Shown here: positions 21,592 to 29,709 of the stretch, one piece after another
How the letters are laid out: each line of letters opens with the position of its first letter
How positions within the stretch are numbered: position 1 is the stretch's first letter
Source: Eubacteriales bacterium
Lineage (GTDB): Bacteria > Bacillota > Clostridia > Oscillospirales > SIG627
Assembly: GCA_045543495.1 (NCBI GenBank)
Contig: JAZQMO010000010.1
Coordinates: forward strand, 2,240-66,239
Length of the DNA: 64,000 bases
Reading direction: 5' to 3'
Program-made: the position numbers and the translations under genes
Notes under the pieces: generated by a model
Seen by the model: the letters and a program-made list of their open reading frames with translations, nothing else
Database searches by the model: none
Told to the model about the DNA's origin: nothing

Positions 21592-21705
21592 ATAATCTCC
21601 CTTTCCGCTTGTTATCTTTTTTTCAGTATAGCATAAAGCTATATAAATTGCAACCATTATAAGTTTTCCAAAGCGAAAGAAAGTAGTCTCTTTGCGGATA
21701 CAAAC

Positions 21706-21743
21706 AAAAAGAAAGACACGATGAAAATCGTGTCTTTCTTTTT
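21706..21743 (-). terminator. Terminator directly after tRNA-Thr
   Basis: AAAAAGAAAGACACGAT-GAAA-ATCGTGTCTTTCTTTTT. Confidence 0.85.
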
Positions 21744-21818
21744 GGAGCTAGTGACGTGACTTGAACACGCGACCTGCTGATTACGAATCAGCTGCTCTAC
21801 CAACTGAGCTACACTAGC
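21743..21818 (-). tRNA. tRNA-Thr (anticodon CGU)
   Basis: Minus strand GCTAGTGTAGCTCAGTTGGTAGAGCAGCTGATTCGTAATCAGCAGGTCGCGTGTTCAAGTCACGTCACTAGCTCCA, 76 nt, full cloverleaf with encoded CCA. Confidence 0.97.
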
Positions 21819-22050
21819 ACATATTTAATTTTTGCTTTGCCTATCCCCTTGAAAAAGAGAAAAGCCGTCGCAGCAATCAGCTGCTCTTCCTGTTGCAACA
21901 TCGCCTCTGCCGTCGCCCGCAGGGCTTGGCAATCGCCGTGTTGCTGCCACTCCTTATTGCTCGCTTCATCCGCCCCCGGCGGCGCTCGCAAGCGTCCCCA
22001 ACTGAGCTACACTAGCACATATTTAATTTTTGTTTTGCCTATCCCCTTGA
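21800..22050. repeat. 53-bp direct repeat (21800-21852 and 21998-22050, one mismatch): tRNA 5' end plus its leader
   Basis: CCAACTGAGCTACACTAGCACATATTTAATTTTTG[C/T]TTTGCCTATCCCCTTGA present twice, 198 bp apart. Confidence 0.95.
21875..22016 (-). pseudogene. Truncated tRNA-Thr 5' half with ~108-nt insertion in the D-loop
   Basis: Minus strand: GCTAGTGTAGCTCAGTTGG-[insert]-GAAGAGCAGCTGATT; homology stops at the anticodon. Confidence 0.8.
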
Positions 22051-22103
22051 GAAACGGATCGGCGGTGGCGTTGGAGAAGCTTTGCACTCCAAGGACACCG
22101 CCG

Positions 22104-22132
22104 ATTATACCACAAAGAAAAGAAAAAATCAA
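22104..22132 (-). promoter_or_regulatory. SigA promoter of the tRNA-Thr transcript
   Basis: Minus strand TTGATT-17bp-TATAAT with TG extension. Confidence 0.75.
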
Positions 22133-22136
22133 GTGT

Positions 22137-22577
22137 TCAGAAATCTTTTTTCATTTGTTTATAGGCAAAGAATGTAAAGCCGAGCTTTTTGTATAGACGA
22201 ACAGCCCCTTCATTCTCATCCTCCACCTCCAAACGGAAGCGCTTGGCGCTATCTTTGTATTCCGTTTCCAAGAAGGCAAAGAATTCACTTCCCAGACCAA
22301 GGCCTCTTTTTTCGGGCAAAAGATAGATCTCCTCGATCCAAACAGCCTTCCCCCCCGCCTCCTGAGACCAGGTCTCGGCCAAAAGGGCGTATCCGCATTC
22401 CTCGCCGTCCCGCTCCAGAATATATCCCTTGGCATAAGGATTATCGGTCAGGAGCAGATCAAAGGTTTTTTTCAAATTTTCCTCAGGAACGGGGGACAGC
22501 ACGGCATCGCTTTCATAAAAGGCTTTTGCCATACTCAAATACAGATCGTGATCTTCTTTTCGGATGCTGCGGATCAT
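22137..22577 (-). CDS. GNAT family N-acetyltransferase
   Basis: WIEEIYLLPEKRGLGLGS acetyl-CoA motif, NEGAVRLYKKLGF. Confidence 0.9.
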   Translation of the reverse strand: MIRSIRKEDHDLYLSMAKAFYESDAVLSPVPEENLKKTFDLLLTDNPYAKGYILERDGEECGYALLAETWSQEAGGKAVWIEEIYLLPEKRGLGLGSEFFAFLETEYKDSAKRFRLEVEDENEGAVRLYKKLGFTFFAYKQMKKDF

Positions 22578-22679
22578 ATTTTACCTCGGTGATTTTTTCT
22601 ACATTATAAAAAAAAGCCACTTAAAAGTCAATGAAGATAATGTTTTTTTGTAAAAAATCGTTCTTTTTTTCATAATGGG

Positions 22680-22708
22680 TTGAAAAGGAGAAACGAAAGT
22701 GCTAAAAT
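22680..22708 (+). promoter_or_regulatory. SigA-like promoter for paralogs 1-2
   Basis: TTGAAA-17bp-TAAAAT. Confidence 0.55.
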
Positions 22709-22738
22709 GAAAAAAATGCTCAAATTTGGAGGATTACA

Positions 22739-24067
22739 ATGAGTGTTCAATTGAAAGCCGGATACGGCAAAGTCGACATTACTCCCTCTTTTTCCGTTCC
22801 TCTGCGTGGCTACGGAAATACCCATAAGAGAATGCATACCAATGTGTTGGATCCTATTTATGCCATCTGCGTTGCCATTAACGACGGAGAAAAGACCCTT
22901 CTTCTCTATCATTTGGATCTGACCGGCTTCCCCGATGATTTGGTGGAGATCTGCCGAGATGAGCTTTTGAAAAAGTACGGTATCGGTGCAGAGTATATTC
23001 TGTTTAATTCTACCCACAACCACTCCGCTCCTGACTTGCAGAGTCCTCTGGATTGCATCAAGGAGTATAAGCCCATTCTGTGCGAAAACTTGATTCGTGT
23101 GGCAGGGGAGGCTATGGCTGATCTGGCAGATGCTTCCGTTCTCATTGGCTCCGGCAGAGTAAAAAATATGAACTTCGTTCGTCGCTATCTTCTGTCCGAT
23201 GGCTCCTACGGCGGCGATAACTTCGGTGATTTTGTAAATAATACCATCGTAGATCACGAGACCCGTGTGGATGATATGATGCAAGCCATCCGTCTGGTAA
23301 GAGAGGTCAAGAAGGATATTGTTTTGGTCAACTGGCAGGGGCATCCCCACCGTACCGGCGGCACGCTCCGTCCCGATCTTTCCTCCGACCTGATCGAGCA
23401 CTTCCGCAATACCGTGGAGGAAGAGCACGGCGTTCTCTTCTCCTTCTATCAGGGCTGCGGCGGCAACATCAACCACCACTCAAGAATAGAATCCGAGCCC
23501 CGTCTCGATGAGGTAGAGGCAGGAAAGGGACTTGCCGCAGGGCTGACCCCCATTCTCGGCAATATGCGCCCTGTGAAGGTGGATAGGATCCGTGCCACCC
23601 GCTCCATCTTTGAGAGTCCCATCAACCACAGTCTGGATCACAGAGTGGAGGACGCCAAAAAGGTTCAGGAATTCTGGAAGAATTGCAATGTTCACGGTGA
23701 ACCCTCAAGGTTTGCTCAGTCTCTCGGCTTTAACTCCGTGTATCACGCAGGCGCTGTCATCGCCCGTGCCAAGATGCCCGCAACCCATTCCTATAACATC
23801 GGTGCCGTTTCCTTTGGTGATGTGTGCATCGTTTGGGCTCCCAACGAGCTTTACGATACCACGGGTATGTACCTGAAGGCCACCAGCCCCTTTGAAATGA
23901 CCTTTGTTTGCGGCTATACCAACGGCTCGGGCTGCTATATGCCCACCATCAAGGCCTTTGCCCACGGCGGCTACGGATGCGATACCTGCCGCTTCGGCCC
24001 CGGCGTGACCGAAAAAATGACCGAAGCCCTCTTGGAAAAGATTTTGGAGGTTAAGGAATCAAAATGA
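22739..24067 (+). CDS. Neutral/alkaline ceramidase-like metallo-amidohydrolase, paralog 1
   Basis: AGYGKVDITP, THNHSAP, NWQGHPH, QGCGGNIN, PNE, GYTNG..YMPT..AF.HGGY; no signal peptide. Confidence 0.75.
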   Translation: MSVQLKAGYGKVDITPSFSVPLRGYGNTHKRMHTNVLDPIYAICVAINDGEKTLLLYHLDLTGFPDDLVEICRDELLKKYGIGAEYILFNSTHNHSAPDLQSPLDCIKEYKPILCENLIRVAGEAMADLADASVLIGSGRVKNMNFVRRYLLSDGSYGGDNFGDFVNNTIVDHETRVDDMMQAIRLVREVKKDIVLVNWQGHPHRTGGTLRPDLSSDLIEHFRNTVEEEHGVLFSFYQGCGGNINHHSRIESEPRLDEVEAGKGLAAGLTPILGNMRPVKVDRIRATRSIFESPINHSLDHRVEDAKKVQEFWKNCNVHGEPSRFAQSLGFNSVYHAGAVIARAKMPATHSYNIGAVSFGDVCIVWAPNELYDTTGMYLKATSPFEMTFVCGYTNGSGCYMPTIKAFAHGGYGCDTCRFGPGVTEKMTEALLEKILEVKESK

Positions 24068-25389
24068 GTGTTTCGCTTCAGGCGGGCTATGCCAAAATTG
24101 ATATTACCCCCTCCTATCCCGTTCCCTTGGCGGGCTACGGCAATTCACACAAGAGAATTCACCAATCGGTGGACGAGCCTATTTATGCTGTCCTGACCGC
24201 TCTCTCCGACGGAGAAAACACCCTTCTTATTTATAATCTGGATCTGACAGGCTTTATTCAGCCCAATGTGGATGCTTGCCGAGAGGCCATTTTGGCTCGG
24301 TACGGCATTGCACCCGAGTATATTCTCTTCAACGCTTGTCATACCCATGCCGCCCCCGATCAAAGAAGCCCTCTGGACTGTATCAAGACCTATACGGCAG
24401 AGCTTCAGAAGGCCATTGTAGACCTTGTAGAACAGGCCCTTTCGGATCTTGCTCCTTGCTCGATCAGCATCGGAGAGGGAAGAGTGCCGGGCTATAATTT
24501 CGTTCGCCGCTATCTGCTTTCCAATTTTACCTACGGTGGCGATAACTACGGAGATTTTGTTAACAATACCATCCTCGGTCACGAATCCGAGCCTGATGAT
24601 ACCATGCGCCTCGTTCGCTTTGTCAGAGAAGAGAAAAAGGATATCGTTTTGGTCAACTGGCAGGCTCATCCCCACCTGACCGCCGAGAAGGACAAATCCA
24701 TTCTCACCTCTGACGTGGTGGGATATTTCCGCCGCTTTGCCGAGGAGGAAAACGGCATTTGCTGTGCCTTCCTTCAGGGCTGCGCAGGGAATATCAACAC
24801 CCACTCCCGCCTTCCCGAGGAAAACGTTTCGATGGATAGTAGTGTGGTGGGAAAAGCCCTTGCGGCAGGGCTTTCTGCCATTCTTTCGGATATGCGCCCT
24901 GTAAAATCGGGGCCGATTTGCACCGTCCGCCGATTTTTTGAAGCGGAGATCAACCATTTGTGGGACGATCGCATTGACATTGCCCAAAGGGTGGTGGATC
25001 ACTGGAAGGCGAGCACAGACTCCCGAGAGGCAAGACGCTTCGCCAATGAAAACGGCTTCAACTCCGTGTATCACGCAAGCGAGGTGATCTCTCGCTCCCG
25101 CCTTCCCGAAAAAAAGAGCTATAACATCGGCGCCGTTTCCTTCGGTGATGTGTGCTTTGCCTGGATGCCCAACGAGCCCTATGATACCACGGGTCTTTAC
25201 ATCCGCGCCACCAGCCCCTTTGAAATGACCTTTGTTCTGGGCTACACCAACGGGTACGACAGCTATATGCCCACCATCCGTGCCTTTGAGCACGGTGGCT
25301 ACGAGTGCGATACCTGCACCTATCCTCCGGGTACCACCGAGCGCCTCACAAGCGAATTGATCGAGCTTGTGGTGGAAACCAAGAAATAA
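24064..25389 (+). CDS. Neutral ceramidase-like protein, paralog 2
   Basis: CHTHAAP, NWQAHPH, QGCAGNIN, PNE, HGGYE; ATGA overlap with paralog 1. Confidence 0.75.
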   Translation: MSVSLQAGYAKIDITPSYPVPLAGYGNSHKRIHQSVDEPIYAVLTALSDGENTLLIYNLDLTGFIQPNVDACREAILARYGIAPEYILFNACHTHAAPDQRSPLDCIKTYTAELQKAIVDLVEQALSDLAPCSISIGEGRVPGYNFVRRYLLSNFTYGGDNYGDFVNNTILGHESEPDDTMRLVRFVREEKKDIVLVNWQAHPHLTAEKDKSILTSDVVGYFRRFAEEENGICCAFLQGCAGNINTHSRLPEENVSMDSSVVGKALAAGLSAILSDMRPVKSGPICTVRRFFEAEINHLWDDRIDIAQRVVDHWKASTDSREARRFANENGFNSVYHASEVISRSRLPEKKSYNIGAVSFGDVCFAWMPNEPYDTTGLYIRATSPFEMTFVLGYTNGYDSYMPTIRAFEHGGYECDTCTYPPGTTERLTSELIELVVETKK

Positions 25390-25391
25390 AG

Positions 25392-25424
25392 AAAAAGCGG
25401 CTTGAAAAGCCGCTTTTCCTTTTT
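25392..25424 (+). terminator. Terminator after paralog 2
   Basis: AAAAGCGGCTT-GAA-AAGCCGCTTTT plus T tract. Confidence 0.8.
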
Positions 25425-25431
25425 CCCTTTC

Positions 25432-25459
25432 TTGACAAATGAAAAGGGAATAGTATAAT
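25432..25459 (+). promoter_or_regulatory. SigA promoter for paralog 3
   Basis: TTGACA-16bp-TATAAT. Confidence 0.75.
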
Positions 25460-25495
25460 GGAGACAGATGATTATGTTAAAAAAAGGAGAAGCGT

Positions 25496-26824
25496 ATGAG
25501 TATACAGTTAAAAGCAGGCTTTGGAAAGGTGAGCATTACGCCTGAATATTCCGTCCCTCTTTATGGCTACGGAAACAGCCACCTGAGAATGAGCACGAAT
25601 GTTTTGGACCCCATTTACGCCATTTGCGTGGCCCTTACCGATGGAGAAAGTACCATTCTTGTCTATAATTTGGATCTGACCGCCATCGCCGATGACGACA
25701 GCGATTTTTGCCGCAGTGTGATGGAGCAGGAATTCGGGATTCCGAAACAGAATATTCTGTTAAACGCCACCCACAATCACTCCTCCCCCGATCTGTACAG
25801 TCCCTTGGACTGCATTCAGAAGGATTATAAGCCCTTCCTGCGTCAGCAGGTGATTCTGGCTGCTAAAATGGCTCTGGCCGATCTGTCTGAGGCCACGCTT
25901 TTCATTGGCTCGGATCATATTCCCGGCTACAATTTTGTTCGCCGCTACCTTCTGTCCGACGGTACCTACGGCGGCGATAACTTCGGCGATTTTGCGAACA
26001 ATACCATCCTCGGCCACGAGACCGAGGCCGATGCCGAAATGCAGGCCGTCCGTTTGGCAAGAGAAGGCAAGAAGGATATCGTTCTTTGCAACTGGCAGGG
26101 TCATCCCCACCGCACGGGCGGCAGCAGGGCGCCCGATCTTTCTTCTGACCTGATCGAATACATCCGCCGTACCGCTGAGGAAAAGGAGGATGTATTGGTT
26201 GCCGTTTTGCAGGGCTGCGGCGGTAACATCAACCACGATTCCCGCATCAAGGAGGAAATGATCTCCACCTCTCATGTTGAGATCGGTACCGCTCTCGGGG
26301 AGGGGCTGGTTTCCATTCTCGGGAAGATGCGCCCCGCAAAATCGGGGAAGATCTCATCCGTCACCCGCTGCTTCACCGCAAGGATCAACCACGATTGGGA
26401 TCACAAGGTGGAGGATGCTAAGAAGGTTTTGGATCATTGGCCCACCTGTGAAACTCCCAGAGAAGCAAGGCTTTATGCCAACAAGTTTGGCTTCAACTCC
26501 GTGTATCACGCCATGTACGTTATAAGCAGAAGCGAAATGCCCGAGACCGAGTCCTACGAGATCGGCGGCGTTTCCTTCGGGGATGTATGCCTTGTATGGA
26601 CTGCCGATGAGCTTTACGATGTAACGGGAATGTATCTGAAGGCCTCCAGTCCCTTTGAGACCACCTTTGTGATGGGCTATACCAACGGGGAGCGAAGCTA
26701 TATGCCCACCATCAAGGCCTTTGCCCACGGGGGCTACGGCTGTGATATCTGCAATTTCCCCGCCGGAACCACCGAAAAGCTTACGGAAGAAATGCTGGAT
26801 CTGATCGTAGCATTGAAAAAGTAA
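25496..26824 (+). CDS. Neutral ceramidase-like protein, paralog 3
   Basis: THNHSSP, NWQGHPH, QGCGGNIN, ADE, HGGYG. Confidence 0.75.
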   Translation: MSIQLKAGFGKVSITPEYSVPLYGYGNSHLRMSTNVLDPIYAICVALTDGESTILVYNLDLTAIADDDSDFCRSVMEQEFGIPKQNILLNATHNHSSPDLYSPLDCIQKDYKPFLRQQVILAAKMALADLSEATLFIGSDHIPGYNFVRRYLLSDGTYGGDNFGDFANNTILGHETEADAEMQAVRLAREGKKDIVLCNWQGHPHRTGGSRAPDLSSDLIEYIRRTAEEKEDVLVAVLQGCGGNINHDSRIKEEMISTSHVEIGTALGEGLVSILGKMRPAKSGKISSVTRCFTARINHDWDHKVEDAKKVLDHWPTCETPREARLYANKFGFNSVYHAMYVISRSEMPETESYEIGGVSFGDVCLVWTADELYDVTGMYLKASSPFETTFVMGYTNGERSYMPTIKAFAHGGYGCDICNFPAGTTEKLTEEMLDLIVALKK

Positions 26825-26834
26825 ATCAAAAGAT

Positions 26835-26862
26835 AAAAAACGGCTTTTTAAGCCGTTTTTTT
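26835..26862 (+). terminator. Terminator after paralog 3
   Basis: AAAAAACGGCTT-TTT-AAGCCGTTTTTTT. Confidence 0.8.
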
Positions 26863-26884
26863 CGTGGAAAAGACCCCCTTTTTC

Positions 26885-26912
26885 TTGACAAAAAGGGGAG
26901 GGGTGGTATAAT
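26885..26912 (+). promoter_or_regulatory. SigA promoter for paralogs 4-5
   Basis: TTGACA-16bp-TATAAT with TG extension. Confidence 0.75.
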
Positions 26913-26951
26913 TGTAGGTGAAAAAGCTTTGTATGAAACAAGGAGATCCGT

Positions 26952-28274
26952 ATGAGCGTACCATTCAAGGCAGGCTATGCCAAAGTCGACATTACCCCTT
27001 CCTATCCCGTGCCTCTGGCAGGCTACGGCAACGAGCAGAATCGCATCCATAACAATGTGCTCGATCCTATCTACGCCATTTGCGTGGCCGTTTCCGATGG
27101 GGAAAAGACCCTTCTTTTCTATCATTTGGATCTGACGGGCTTTTCACAGCCCCTTCACGAGGAGTGCTGCGAAAAGATCCTCAAGCGATACGGGATCCCC
27201 ATGGAAGATATGCTCTTTAACGTGACCCATACCCACTCCGCTCCCGCTCTTGGGTGTCAGCTGGAGTCCATTACCCGCTACAAGAAGGAATTGGTCGAAA
27301 AGCTGGTGGATCTGGCAGAGCCCGCCATTGCCGACCTTTCTCCCGCCACCATAGAGATCGGCTCGGGTCAGGTGTATGGCCTCAATTATGTGCGCCGCTA
27401 TCTTCTCTCTGACGGCTCCTACGGCGGAGACAACTTCGGTGATTTTAAGAACAATACCATCCTCGGCCACGAGACCGAGGCGGATCATACCATGCAGGTC
27501 ATCCGCTGGGTCAGAGAGGAAAAGAAGGATATCGTGATGGTCAACTGGCAGGGCCATCCTCACCTGACAGGCGGCAGCGTGAGACAGGACCTTTCCTCCG
27601 ACCTGATCTGGCATTTCCGTGATACCGTAGAAAAGGAGCACGGCGTTCTCTTCTCCTTCTATCAGGGCTGCGGCGGTAACATCAACCACCATTCCAGAAT
27701 GGAATCCGAGCCCAGACTTGAGCACGATGAGTCGGGCAGACGCCTTGCCGCAGGGCTCACCCCCATTCTGAAGAATCTTCGCCCCGTAAAGCTTGGAAAG
27801 ATCCGCACCTCTATGAGAACCTTTACCGGCCCCGTGAACCACAGCCTGGATCATCTGGTGGATCAGGCCAAGGTCGTGAAGGAGTTTTTTGAAACACATA
27901 CCCACGCCGAAACGGCAGAATTCGCCCGCTCCAAGGGCTTTAACTCCGTGTATCACGCAAGCGCGGTCATCCGCCGTGCCGAGATGCCCGAGACCTATTC
28001 CTTCCACATCGGCGCCATTTCCTTTGGCGATACCTGTGTGGTTTGGGCTCCCAATGAGCTCTACGATGTAACGGGAATGTACCTGAAGGCCACCAGCCCC
28101 TTTGAAATGACCTTTGTTTGCGGCTATTCCAACGGTATGGGCCACGGCTATATGCCCAACATCAAGGCCTTCGCCCACGGCGGCTACGGCTGCGACACCT
28201 GCCGCTTCGGCCCCGGTGTCACCGAGAAGCTGACGGGCGAAATGCTGGAAGAGATCTTGAAGGTAAAAGAATAA
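26952..28274 (+). CDS. Neutral ceramidase-like protein, paralog 4
   Basis: THTHSAP, NWQGHPH, QGCGGNIN, PNE, HGGYG. Confidence 0.75.
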   Translation: MSVPFKAGYAKVDITPSYPVPLAGYGNEQNRIHNNVLDPIYAICVAVSDGEKTLLFYHLDLTGFSQPLHEECCEKILKRYGIPMEDMLFNVTHTHSAPALGCQLESITRYKKELVEKLVDLAEPAIADLSPATIEIGSGQVYGLNYVRRYLLSDGSYGGDNFGDFKNNTILGHETEADHTMQVIRWVREEKKDIVMVNWQGHPHLTGGSVRQDLSSDLIWHFRDTVEKEHGVLFSFYQGCGGNINHHSRMESEPRLEHDESGRRLAAGLTPILKNLRPVKLGKIRTSMRTFTGPVNHSLDHLVDQAKVVKEFFETHTHAETAEFARSKGFNSVYHASAVIRRAEMPETYSFHIGAISFGDTCVVWAPNELYDVTGMYLKATSPFEMTFVCGYSNGMGHGYMPNIKAFAHGGYGCDTCRFGPGVTEKLTGEMLEEILKVKE

Positions 28275-28284
28275 GGAGAGAGAC

Positions 28285-29610
28285 ATGAGTATTCCATTCA
28301 AAGCAGGCTACGGCAAGGTCGATGTGACCCCTTCTTATCCCGTTCCTATGGCGGGCTACGGTAACATTGAGCAAAGATATCACGACAATGTACTGGATCC
28401 CATCTATGTCATTTGTGTGGCCCTTTCCGACGGAGACAACACCCTTCTTTTCTACCATATGGACTTTACCGCCGTGTGGGACGATCAGGTAGAGGATTAC
28501 AGTCACCGTCTTTGGGAAAAGTATCACATCCCCGCCGAAAATCTTATTTTCAATACCACTCATACCCACTCTGCCCCTGCGGTGCAGGGCAAGATGGACT
28601 GTATGGTGGAGTATAAGAAATTCTTGTCCGACAAGATCCTGGAGGCCGCCGATCAGGCCATTTCCGATCTTGCCCCCGCCTCTCTTTCCATTGGCTCGGG
28701 TCAGGTGTACGGGGTGAATTTCGTGCGCCGCTACCTTCTGTCCGACGGCTCCTACGGCGGCGATAACTTCGGCGATTTTGAAAACAATACCATCCTCGGC
28801 CACGAGACCGAGGCAGACCATACCATGCAGGTCATTCGTCTTACCAGAGAGGAAAAGAAGGATATCGTTCTGGTGAACTGGCAGGGCCATCCCCACCGCA
28901 CGGGCGGCGCCAGAAGATACGATCTTTCCTCTGACTTGATCGAATATTTCCGTAACAAGGTGGAGAAGGAGCACGGCGTTCTCTTCTCCTTCTATCAGGG
29001 CTGCGGCGGCAACATCAATCATCACTCCCGTATAGAGTCGGAGCGGATCTGGTTGACCCATCAGGAGGTGGGCGAAAAGCTTGCCGAGGGGATCACCCCC
29101 ATTCTCGGTAATATGCGCCCCGTGAAGGTGGATAAGATCCGTGCTACCGTGAAGACCTTTACAGGCCCCGTAAACCACGACTTGGATTACAGATTGGAGG
29201 ATGCTGAGAAGGTCGCAAAACTTTGGAAGGAAAGCACGGTTCCGGGAGAAGCAAAGCAGCTTGCTTTGGAGCTTGGCTTTCATTCCGTGTACCACGCCAA
29301 CGCCATTATCAAGCGTAGCAAAATGCCCGCCACCCATTCCTATCGCATCGGTGCCATTTCCTTTGGAGATGTGTGCTTTGTCTGGACTCCCAATGAGCTT
29401 TACGATGTAACGGGAATGTACCTGAAGGCCACAAGCCCCTTTGAAATGACCTTCGTTTTGGGCTACACCAACGGCTCCCACGGCTATATGCCCACCATCA
29501 AGGCCTTTGCCCACGGCGGCTACGGCTGCGACACCTGCCGCTTCGGCCCGGGCGTAACGGAGCAGCTCACAGGTGAGCTTGTAGACCTTTTGGCAGAAAT
29601 GAAACAGTAA
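28285..29610 (+). CDS. Neutral ceramidase-like protein, paralog 5
   Basis: THTHSAP, NWQGHPH, QGCGGNIN, PNE, HGGYG. Confidence 0.75.
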   Translation: MSIPFKAGYGKVDVTPSYPVPMAGYGNIEQRYHDNVLDPIYVICVALSDGDNTLLFYHMDFTAVWDDQVEDYSHRLWEKYHIPAENLIFNTTHTHSAPAVQGKMDCMVEYKKFLSDKILEAADQAISDLAPASLSIGSGQVYGVNFVRRYLLSDGSYGGDNFGDFENNTILGHETEADHTMQVIRLTREEKKDIVLVNWQGHPHRTGGARRYDLSSDLIEYFRNKVEKEHGVLFSFYQGCGGNINHHSRIESERIWLTHQEVGEKLAEGITPILGNMRPVKVDKIRATVKTFTGPVNHDLDYRLEDAEKVAKLWKESTVPGEAKQLALELGFHSVYHANAIIKRSKMPATHSYRIGAISFGDVCFVWTPNELYDVTGMYLKATSPFEMTFVLGYTNGSHGYMPTIKAFAHGGYGCDTCRFGPGVTEQLTGELVDLLAEMKQ

Positions 29611-29612
29611 AG

Positions 29613-29640
29613 AAAAAAGCGGCCGATGAGGCCGTTTTTT
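29613..29640 (+). terminator. Terminator after paralog 5
   Basis: AAAAAAGCGGCC-GATGA-GGCCGTTTTTT. Confidence 0.8.
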
Positions 29641-29651
29641 CTTTTGCTTTC

Positions 29652-29680
29652 TTGACGGAAAAAAACCAAAGGGGTATAAT
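29652..29680 (+). promoter_or_regulatory. SigA promoter for ylmH-GNAT-copA
   Basis: TTGACG-17bp-TATAAT. Confidence 0.75.
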
Positions 29681-29709
29681 ATCTTTGTATGATAATAAGG
29701 TGAGGGATT

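Noticed and set aside
21800-22050. Direct repeats read as a CRISPR array or prophage attL/attR
   Set aside because: Only two copies, derived from the tRNA 5' end and leader; no cas or integrase genes nearby
21809-22196. ORFs 21809-21991(-) and 21837-22196(+) over the tRNA repeat region
   Set aside because: They overlap tRNA-derived and structured RNA sequence and show no protein-like features
22739-29610. Diversity-generating retroelement or invertase shufflon as the cause of paralog variation
   Set aside because: No reverse transcriptase or recombinase in the window, no adenine-specific repeat pair, and all copies are full-length and co-oriented
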